Assembly (NCBI GenBank): GCA_034226945.1
Contig: CP120460.1
Location: 248,001 to 312,000, forward strand
Reading direction: 5' to 3'
Length of the DNA stretch: 64,000 nt
Source of the DNA: Picochlorum sp. SENEW3
Lineage: Eukaryota
Part shown: in pieces, positions 56,156 through 64,000 of the stretch
Numbering within the stretch: position 1 is the first letter of the stretch
How the letters are laid out: every line of letters starts with the position of its first letter
Notes under the pieces: generated by a model
Database searches by the model: none
What the model saw: only the letters and a program-made list of their open reading frames with translations
Told to the model about the DNA's origin: nothing
Made by a program: the position numbers and the translations under genes

Positions 56156-57148
56156 TCAATTGCAATATTTATCAGAACACCATTCTTCACAGGGGATCCC
56201 TTGGCTTCTACGTTCATCACAAATATATTTCATACAATTCGAGAACTTAACTTCGCACGTATCTGGAGCAGGCGCGGATCCACTGCAAAATTTATCAGAA
56301 CACTGCTTTTCACAGGAGATCCCATTTCTCACATAGTCATAATCACAATGATACTGCATACAATCCAGATACATGTCTTCCTGCATTGAGCTGGTGCACG
56401 AGTCTGGAACAGCAGGCGTTGATCTGGTTCCCACGCCATATCCTGTTTGCGTGCTGGCGCTCCTGAGCCTGCGACCAGGAGAAGCATCCTCAAGACCTGA
56501 GCCTGTTATGTCTAGAGAATCGACAATAGCATCTCTGAGGTACACGAGGCCAGTGGTGCCCACCTCAATAATGCTGCCATCCATGCTGACAATAATTGCT
56601 CTCTGCTCACCAGGAAACGACCGAACGCTGGCAACACGGTGTACCTCGTACCCGCCACCAGCCTGAGGCATGACCACGACTTCGAGCTGCTGTGCCAGAG
56701 GTACATCTGGGAAGCTTCCGGTGTGTCCATCATCATTTCTGTCTGTGCTGTTGTTTCCACTATACAGCTTTGACAAGTCCAGCAAGTTTGTAGCCTTACC
56801 TGTCGCCATTACCGTGCCAGTATTGGCACTCACCAGAACGCCATTATTGTCATCCACCTCGTCCGTCAGTTTGACAATCCCGTAAACCGCCCCAACCAGA
56901 GCAGCCACCAATATCAGGACCGCCACAACCAGGGCAATCAGGAAGTTGCGAAAGAGCCTGCGGTCGGCATGGGCCTTCTGCTCGCTCTGCACCAGCTGGA
57001 TCAGCTCTTGCATGCTCAAGTTCCCATCTTTATCGATATCCACTTCTTTAATTCTCTTCAGTACTGATGGGGATGCGATTTTAGCCAGGTCAGAAACGTC
57101 CACCACGTGCTCGGGTTCGCGTGCAGTTTGCTCTGCTGCTGTTGCCAT
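56156..57148 (-). CDS. EF-hand/transmembrane protein, family member 3 (330 aa) with GRRL motif and two 6-Cys repeats
   Basis: EF loop DIDKDGNLSMQE, TM FLIALVVAVLILVAALVGAVYGIV, GRRL at 56476-56465, tandem Cys repeats at the C-terminus. Confidence 0.85.
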   Translation of the reverse strand: MATAAEQTAREPEHVVDVSDLAKIASPSVLKRIKEVDIDKDGNLSMQELIQLVQSEQKAHADRRLFRNFLIALVVAVLILVAALVGAVYGIVKLTDEVDDNNGVLVSANTGTVMATGKATNLLDLSKLYSGNNSTDRNDDGHTGSFPDVPLAQQLEVVVMPQAGGGYEVHRVASVRSFPGEQRAIIVSMDGSIIEVGTTGLVYLRDAIVDSLDITGSGLEDASPGRRLRSASTQTGYGVGTRSTPAVPDSCTSSMQEDMYLDCMQYHCDYDYVRNGISCEKQCSDKFCSGSAPAPDTCEVKFSNCMKYICDERRSQGIPCEEWCSDKYCN

Positions 57149-57556
57149 GGGAAATCTTGCCTTAGATAAAGATAAACAATTTTACTCTCCAAATTTATAT
57201 ACCTTTTCCATAAACAGTAAAAATTATACAATTGTAATTATATAAGCAATACTTCTGGGAAACTGTAACAGCACAGATGATGCCTCAAGGCACTCTCTCA
57301 TTAAGTAATCAATCTACCAATTGGTAGGTCTTGCAAGAAGATTACATAATATAACCATGAACCAGAGTCTATACTCGAAGACTCATAAGATTATTTACCA
57401 TTCTACTACATAAACCATCGTTTAACACATTATAATCAAGGCCTGTGTTACCAGGATACCAACATAGTGCAGTCTCTACTACGGTGTGGACCATCAGCCG
57501 ACCGAACCTTCTCCATCCGTATTCAATCGACCTTCTGGCGGTCTTTGCAGGACGAG

Positions 57557-57792
57557 ATGCAAGATAAGGAGGCTGCATTAACGAAGGGGTGGTGGACGTG
57601 GAGTTGCTGCTGCATAGTGGGGCCATCCCACCCAACCTGTCAGACCGCATACGAGCAGCGGATGCCAATCAGGATGGGCGCCTCTCAGTGCTGGAGCTGG
57701 CCACCATGGTGGAGGTGATGCGCAGGGAGCAGAAGGCGGTTGAGGACCGCAAACTATTCCGCAACATCTTGTTGGTCCTTGTACGACTTTGA
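57557..57792 (+). pseudogene. Frameshifted, truncated EF-hand/TM family member 4
   Basis: ATG 57557 (MQDKEAALTKG) is out of frame with VVDVELL...DANQDGRLSVLE...DRKLFRNILLVL at a G-run near 57586-57589; stops inside the TM helix. Confidence 0.7.
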
Positions 57793-57936
57793 TGATCCAT
57801 TCAACGTTATGTTGATATTGTAATATGTGTACATCAAATAAGGTGCAACCAATACTGCGTTGCACTAGGGCAGTTGGGCAGGTAAAGTGGTGACGCTGTA
57901 TGTTATAACATAATTATAATTATCATCAGCACATCT

Positions 57937-57996
57937 AGATCCGGATCTGCTTCGAATTCGAACCAGAGGTCCAGACGTAATTACGTGACGGTCTGG
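57937..57996. promoter_or_regulatory. Palindrome cluster upstream of DUF285 gene
   Basis: AGATCCGGATCT, TTCGAATTCGAA, ACGTAATTACGT and CCAGAC..GTCTGG; function inferred from position. Confidence 0.5.
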
Positions 57997-58201
57997 TCGT
58001 AACGTAAGTGGATACTAGAGCAAGCTCGTTCGCGCAATACGCACGGATAGTTTTTATGATAATAAATAGTGCGATATATATTAAGACCAAAAAAAGAAAG
58101 ATCCTGCGAGAAATTCGGAATACCATAGTCAGACCCACACGAGTTCAAAATTGCATCCACCTGTTCTCGCTCATTCCATCCAAGGGGTACTGCCTACAAG
58201 G

Positions 58202-59574
58202 ATGGCTTCTACCATGCTTGCCATACTCGCCACAATTTGGCTACATCTCGTGATAGGAACATGTGCAAATACTAATGCTTCGGTATCAGCATCATATGCA
58301 GAGCGGGAGTCGACCCTCGGAGGAATGTGCTTTGAAAGCACCCTTACAAATGAAGCATCTCTCAGAAGTCTTCGGAGACAAGTTGTCAAATTCAATCAAA
58401 AGAAAAGGTAGCGTCTTCTTTTTCTCTTTTTCAACATCGTATCCCATTGGATGATTATCATCAATGTTTGACCATGGTCTATGTACCCCATGCTTGCAGT
58501 ATGTACAGAGATGGTGACATTATTGCCGTGTACACTCTAGACAGACCTGGGCATGGGAGTCTGGCTGGGTGTGCAGATGCGTGCCTTTTGAATTGGAGAT
58601 TGACAGCTGACACGACCCAAGCTCTAGATACAGATTGCTCTGTTGAAAGCCATTGTCCCATGGCGTCTGGTATACTTGTCGCAGATCGAAAGTGCGAAGC
58701 CTTCATGTTTAACCGACAGACAAGTGTGTGCACGTTGCTGTCAGCTGAGCGATCCATGCGGCTTACCCGCAGCAGCAATTTCTGGTCTGGCAAGCTTCTA
58801 TGTGATGATATGAGCAGTGTTGATGACTGGGCAGAAGGTGTTGTCAGCAGGCGCAGCCCTCCTCCGTCTGCACCTCCATCTTTGTTCTACCTTGATTCTA
58901 ATGGGGTGACTGTCAAATGTCCTGGCGCAGCTAATTTAGAGACAGGAATTGTTGATGGAGTACTATATACAAAGAGATCTAGGGCGGATATCTTCCCTAT
59001 GATTAATGACCCTGCGCAATGGGGTAGTCTTTCCACAACATGCACCTCAGGGATCTCTGATATGAGCGTTGGTGACGGTGACAGGAATTCAAGTGCAGCA
59101 GATTTTAACTCAGATATCAGTTCATGGGACACATCAGATGTCATCACAATGTCTGGCATGTTTTATGGTGCGAGGTTGTTCAACCAAGATATTGGCTCAT
59201 GGGACACGTCATCTGTCACAGACATGCTTGTCATGTTTGCTGGAGCAACGTCCTTCAACCAAGACCTCAACGATTGGGACACATCGTCTGTCACAAACAT
59301 GCTTGCCATGTTTGAATCCGCAGAAAGCTTTAATGGGAATATCAGGGATTGGAACACATCATCTGTCAAATCAATGGTCGCCATGTTTCAGAATGCAGTA
59401 GCCTTCAATCAAGATCTTCGCAACTGGGATGGATCTTCATTGGAGGAGGAATCATGCGCCGATTTTGCCACTGGGGCAACAGCCTGGCTGGCTGCATATG
59501 ATTGGAGCACAAATCCTCCAATATCACAAAGCATGGACACTGCAGGATGCGATGATGATGTTGTTCCGGCTTAA
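58202..59574 (+). CDS. Secreted PAN/apple-like + DUF285 (BspA-like 25-residue repeat) protein; intron 58408-58499
   Basis: Signal peptide [24 protein letters not shown]...CEAFMFN..SVCTL..WSG; four to five FNxDIxxWDTSSVTxMxxMF repeats; intron phase 2 consistent. Confidence 0.85.
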
Positions 59575-59893
59575 ATCATCAACATTAGAGCAGCCATTGA
59601 CCCAATATGATGGCTGGCAAGCTATATGAACATGTAGCATAACAAGTACAGTGAATATGCATGCATCCCATACATGGGCAGCACATTTCATGATGCTGCA
59701 ACAAGTACCCTAATAAATAAAGAATCCAGACAAACCCATTACCTACCACAGCGTCTTACTCTCATGCTGTTGTAATATCAAAAAGTACTACATATATAGA
59801 TGTCGTATCATTCATGACATCTCAATCCCTTGTTGTTTGTTCTCAGTAGTTGTTCAGGAGCGAAATCACTGTGGCAGAGAGCAATTGAGAGAA

Positions 59894-62242
59894 ATGGCAC
59901 CGTCTCTTGGTGAACAAGTGCTACAAGACGACCTACTGTTGCATAAAATATTACTGAATCTATCAAGTGTGCATGATTTGCGTACTATTCAAGGTTTAGT
60001 CAGTTTATACGCAGTCAAAATTCTTTCGAAAGACACGTTGAAGGAACATCTCGCTCGATTTGAAGGGGTTCAATACGGGGTTCATTATGAAGAATTTGAA
60101 AAAGTGGACAATTCAGTAATTCTGGAGATTGGGGAGACGGATCCCTTCGGGACGATCGGGTATCACGTGGGGTTGTACGAGTACTTGGAGCCTGGGGCAA
60201 GTCGACACGTGAAGCCCATGGTATCGTATATCAAAGATATACATCGGGAGCAAAAAATACCGTATCCAAAGGGTCGGGTGAGTTTGAATAAGCTAAAGAA
60301 GAAGCAGGATGTCCTGAGGGAATATGGGTTTCTCACGTATATTCCATTGTCAGTCTACAAGACTGTGAGGAAGGGTCTGACTGCGGAGAAATTACTGCGC
60401 TCTCGGTCTGTGAATAAGTTGATTGGTCAGGGAGAAGCATATCCGTGTTTTTACTCGGCGTTTGACTGCGGGTTGGAGGTGGATTTGGTCAAACCACTTG
60501 TCCCTGCGCTCTGTATTGGAAGGGAGCATATTGCTGAACAAGCCTTGGTGTCTGCATCCTTGGGTGGGCATGTTGATCTACTCAAATGTATACTCGACAT
60601 GGTTGATATCCATATAAATGACCCTGTGACCGATGCTGGGACAACTGTGTTGCATTTTGCTGCACAGGGTGGTCACCTTGATGTTGTGAGGTACTTGGTG
60701 GAAGAGGCGCATGCAGCAGTGAATGCTCCAACGTACATTTGGAAGACTCCATTTATAATTGCGGCAGAATATGGTCATATCGATATCATCAAATATCTGG
60801 CGCAATGTGATGGTGTGGATGTGGATGGACAGGATGATGATGGCATGACGGCATTCATGATGGCTATTGAGGGTGCCAGCAGAGGATCCAGGACGTCGTC
60901 GCATTGGACATCTGTGGTTCGATGTTTGATTGAAGAGGCTCATGTTGATATAAAAAAAAAGGATGTGGATCATATGACAGCCTTGATGCAGGCAGCGAGC
61001 TGGGGATTGCTGGGTATTGTGCGGTATCTGATTGGAACAGCCAAGGCTGTTGATATCAGCAATGTGAAAGATGAAGATCTAGATATGTTATGTCTGGTAG
61101 CATCTGCGAATAAGATTGCTGTGATGCGATATTTTGTTGAAGAGGTTGGTCTCGATGTCAATGCAGCATCGAGGAGTGATGTTGAGCATGGGCCATCTCT
61201 CGTCCCACTAGGACATCGTCCGCTGACACTTGCTGTCATGCATGGTCATGTACCGATGACAAAGTATCTTATAGAGACGGGTCGTGTGGATGTGAATGCG
61301 AAAAACCAAGATGGATACACCGCATTGATGACAGCTTGCCAAGGTTGTAACATGGAGATTATAAAATGTCTTGTGGAACAAGGCCATGCGGATGTGTCTG
61401 CGTCAGATTCTCACTCTGATACGTGTCTTACTATAGCAGCAAAGATGAATAAACTGAGTATAGTCAAATATTTAGTCGAAGTTGGTGGTGCAGATGTGTT
61501 GCAGGCGAATGAAGATGGCAAGCATGCACTGCAGATTGCATCAGACCTTGGGTCTATATTTATGGTCGAGTACTTGATTCATACCGCCAAATATGATGAT
61601 ATTCACTCTTCAGAAGAGATTGATAGGATCCACAGGAATGCGTATGACAATGAGAAACGAAGGGTGTTGGATAAAATGCTTTCAGCTGCACTACATCTTG
61701 ATGGGGCCATACCATACTCCTCAGAGGATTCGTACTTTTCTGAGGATGATGATGGTTATGATGATGATTATTACCCGGGAGGTGCCGGGTATTCAGATGA
61801 CGAGATTGATGTTACCGAGATGATGTATATGCCGGAGCAATTCTTCTTTGATGATTCGGACGATGATTGGAGAGCACAGCAGGCCATGATGAATAATCCC
61901 GACTATAGGAAATTTGTACAAGCGATGAACATGGCTTTGCTCGAAGACTACATGCACATGGCGGGAGATGAGGAACTTGGCCTTGGTCATTATACAGACC
62001 CTCCTATTACCTCCATTCCCTCCTCCTCCTCCTCCTCTCATAGAGGGCGTGGCAATGCGAGTAGTAGTACTAATACTAATCGAGGTGGCCGTGGAAGTAG
62101 AGGACGTGGTAATGCTAGTAGCAGTACTAATAATCGAGGCGGTAGAGGGCGTGGCAATAATAATAATAATCGAGGTAGGAGAGGACGCGGTGGACGCCGT
62201 GGTGGCGGTTCTCGCGGTCGAGGAGAGCACAATCGACAGTAA
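59894..62242 (+). CDS. Ankyrin-repeat protein with acidic region and RGG tail
   Basis: Repeated GTTVLHFAAQGGHLDVVRYLVE-type units; D/E-rich stretch; RG/RGG-rich C-terminus. Confidence 0.9.
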   Translation: MAPSLGEQVLQDDLLLHKILLNLSSVHDLRTIQGLVSLYAVKILSKDTLKEHLARFEGVQYGVHYEEFEKVDNSVILEIGETDPFGTIGYHVGLYEYLEPGASRHVKPMVSYIKDIHREQKIPYPKGRVSLNKLKKKQDVLREYGFLTYIPLSVYKTVRKGLTAEKLLRSRSVNKLIGQGEAYPCFYSAFDCGLEVDLVKPLVPALCIGREHIAEQALVSASLGGHVDLLKCILDMVDIHINDPVTDAGTTVLHFAAQGGHLDVVRYLVEEAHAAVNAPTYIWKTPFIIAAEYGHIDIIKYLAQCDGVDVDGQDDDGMTAFMMAIEGASRGSRTSSHWTSVVRCLIEEAHVDIKKKDVDHMTALMQAASWGLLGIVRYLIGTAKAVDISNVKDEDLDMLCLVASANKIAVMRYFVEEVGLDVNAASRSDVEHGPSLVPLGHRPLTLAVMHGHVPMTKYLIETGRVDVNAKNQDGYTALMTACQGCNMEIIKCLVEQGHADVSASDSHSDTCLTIAAKMNKLSIVKYLVEVGGADVLQANEDGKHALQIASDLGSIFMVEYLIHTAKYDDIHSSEEIDRIHRNAYDNEKRRVLDKMLSAALHLDGAIPYSSEDSYFSEDDDGYDDDYYPGGAGYSDDEIDVTEMMYMPEQFFFDDSDDDWRAQQAMMNNPDYRKFVQAMNMALLEDYMHMAGDEELGLGHYTDPPITSIPSSSSSSHRGRGNASSSTNTNRGGRGSRGRGNASSSTNNRGGRGRGNNNNNRGRRGRGGRRGGGSRGRGEHNRQ
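62042..62176 (+). repeat. Imperfect coding tandem repeat (RGRGN...NRG x3)
   Basis: AGAGG(G/A)CGTGG(C/T)AAT...AATCGAGG units repeated three times. Confidence 0.8.
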
Positions 62243-62456
62243 CAATATTTCATTAGTGTGCTGTGCTGCATAATAATACATTTCCTAAAGCTGTGCATGA
62301 ATGAATACATATCTACATACATACAGGCAATGAGTCGAGAAAAAGAGAAGAAGATTCGTGTTACACAGAGTTTTTCATGCAACAATTTTCATTGTGTACC
62401 AATCCTATATAAGTATCATGATGAAGATCTATTCTATACTATATATCAAAAACATG

Positions 62457-63821
62457 TCAAGAATGTACTACTAGTAATGATGACTCTTCGTCCTCGCCAT
62501 TGTCTGCAGACACATCGGTAGTAGTAGACAGGGTATCTGTTGGTTGCCTAAAATCTCTTGCATGAGGAGCTACGTACACCCCTACAGCATATGCCACCGC
62601 CCCAAGTAAAATCACAATCGTCGCAAGAGCCATGGTCATCCGCCAATTTCCAATACTACTCTGCACTAATCCCATAATCGGAGGCCCCGGCACATCCCCT
62701 AGAAGATGCATGGAAACCACCGACATGGACATGGCAAGTGACCGTAGGGGTGGAGGCACAGACCATAAGATGAGAGCATTACTGGGCGCCTGCGTGAAGA
62801 AGAGCAGAAACTCCCCCAAGCCAAATAATATACAAAACATGATGAACGATCCAGAGGTGATGAATGCAATAGCGATGCATATGGCTCCCCCACACAGGCC
62901 GCACGCCCCCAGTGCCATGCCATGCCTCAAGGAACTTCCAATCACATCCAGCACATGACCTCCTAAAAAGGTACCCAGAATTCCTGTCAGTACCGTCATA
63001 ATACTAAACGATACATCTGCCTTCTCAGACGATATATCAAATACGGATGTCGCTGCCTGCGGCCCATAGAATGCATACGACCCAATAATTGCTGTATAGC
63101 ATGTCATACCAATTGTCGTTAATACAAACATATTGTATTGAAACACATGCACCAGGTCGGCGACAAACCCAGCACGATGCTCCAACAGCGATGAAGAATC
63201 ATTCAATGATTTCTGTTTCAGTGCCATATTCGTCCGAAAGCAATACCATATGAATGGCAGCATCATCACAGCTTCCAACGCAAATGCCGCTCGCCAGCCA
63301 ACAAAACTCCCCACAAGACCTCCATAGAGAAATCCTAGCGCATACCCGACGGGAATACAGGCATAAAACACAGCCAACCATCTTGTTTTATGCTCTTTGG
63401 GCGCATAGTCATCTATAAAGGGCGAGGCGAGGGCCACAAACGAAGCCTCCCCCACACCAACAATCATCCGACACAGCAACAGACTCCAAAACCCAAACGA
63501 TACGGCACAGCCTAGAACAGATACAAACCATATACTCAGACCATACCCTATCAACTTCATCGAAGCAGATGTCTTGGATGCATGAGCAAATATAGGCGAT
63601 GATATAAGCAACCCAACCATAAACCCAGCAGGCAGTATCCCATCTCGGAACAGACTCAGCTCAAACTCCCGCTGTAAGCCATCCCCATTCACCCCATTAC
63701 TTGATATTGTTCCTCTATCTAAATAAATGAGTATATTTAAACAACAGAATATACCCAGGATGGCCCCTTTTGACTCCAGACGAGAAGAAGACGAAGAAGG
63801 ACTAGTAGAGGGAGAATCCAT
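62457..63821 (-). CDS. Spinster-like MFS transporter
   Basis: NILIYLDRGTISSNGVNG, AGFMVGLLISSPIF, RMIVGVGEASFVALASPFIDD, IPVGYALG, HLLGDVP. Confidence 0.92.
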   Translation of the reverse strand: MDSPSTSPSSSSSRLESKGAILGIFCCLNILIYLDRGTISSNGVNGDGLQREFELSLFRDGILPAGFMVGLLISSPIFAHASKTSASMKLIGYGLSIWFVSVLGCAVSFGFWSLLLCRMIVGVGEASFVALASPFIDDYAPKEHKTRWLAVFYACIPVGYALGFLYGGLVGSFVGWRAAFALEAVMMLPFIWYCFRTNMALKQKSLNDSSSLLEHRAGFVADLVHVFQYNMFVLTTIGMTCYTAIIGSYAFYGPQAATSVFDISSEKADVSFSIMTVLTGILGTFLGGHVLDVIGSSLRHGMALGACGLCGGAICIAIAFITSGSFIMFCILFGLGEFLLFFTQAPSNALILWSVPPPLRSLAMSMSVVSMHLLGDVPGPPIMGLVQSSIGNWRMTMALATIVILLGAVAYAVGVYVAPHARDFRQPTDTLSTTTDVSADNGEDEESSLLVVHS

Positions 63822-64000
63822 GGAGCTTCTTCTTGTGTATCTCGTCCATTGACAACAAGCCCTTTTTAATTCTTCTTTGTAAGCTGATCGTCGAATATAC
63901 TTGGAAATGATGTTTGTGGAATGCCCTGCAGCATTCCATATGAATAAGGATTTCGAATTCATTCGAATCAAGGAGTTTTCAGCTCCGTGCTGCGTGGGAC

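Noticed and set aside
59100..59430. Regular ~75-bp repeats resembling a CRISPR array
   Set aside because: They are degenerate in-frame coding repeats (DUF285) with no unique spacers, in a eukaryotic gene
1..64000. tRNA, rRNA, telomeric arrays, transposase/reverse transcriptase genes
   Set aside because: None recognised by eye; small ncRNAs cannot be excluded without tRNAscan-SE/Infernal

Overview
Eukaryotic nuclear DNA from a very gene-dense green alga. The evidence is short GT-AG introns (about 60-130 nt), intergenic gaps often under 100 bp, plastid/thylakoid-targeted genes (PPD4, lumenal FKBP, plastid LepA) and TGTAA-type 3' signals. A Picochlorum-like trebouxiophyte is my inference. About 40 genes are supported, mostly housekeeping. 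Two accessory islands stand out. (1) About 6.9-15.3 kb holds a duplicated two-gene cassette (orphan 207-aa gene plus a three-exon secreted 8-Cys protein), a third 8-Cys paralog, a JmjN-ARID gene fragment and a head-to-head pair of EF-hand/transmembrane proteins. (2) About 55.1-62.3 kb holds a second head-to-head pair of the same EF-hand/TM family (one a frameshifted remnant), a secreted PAN + DUF285-repeat protein and an ankyrin/RGG protein. The best candidate for an undescribed system is the EF-hand-TM family. It has a conserved N-terminal anchor, then a GR(R/K)L processing motif, then unrelated Cys-rich C-terminal 'cargo' domains. Other highlights: a spliced SAMBA/APC16-like microprotein missed by the ORF track and ending 11 bp before the farnesyltransferase-alpha ATG, a highly divergent PCNA paralog, a signal-peptide/GPI-type patatin, and palindrome clusters in promoter regions. 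No rRNA, tRNA, CRISPR array or intact transposon was recognised. All family assignments are from recalled motifs, not database searches. Exon structures were worked out by hand from splice signals and reading phase.
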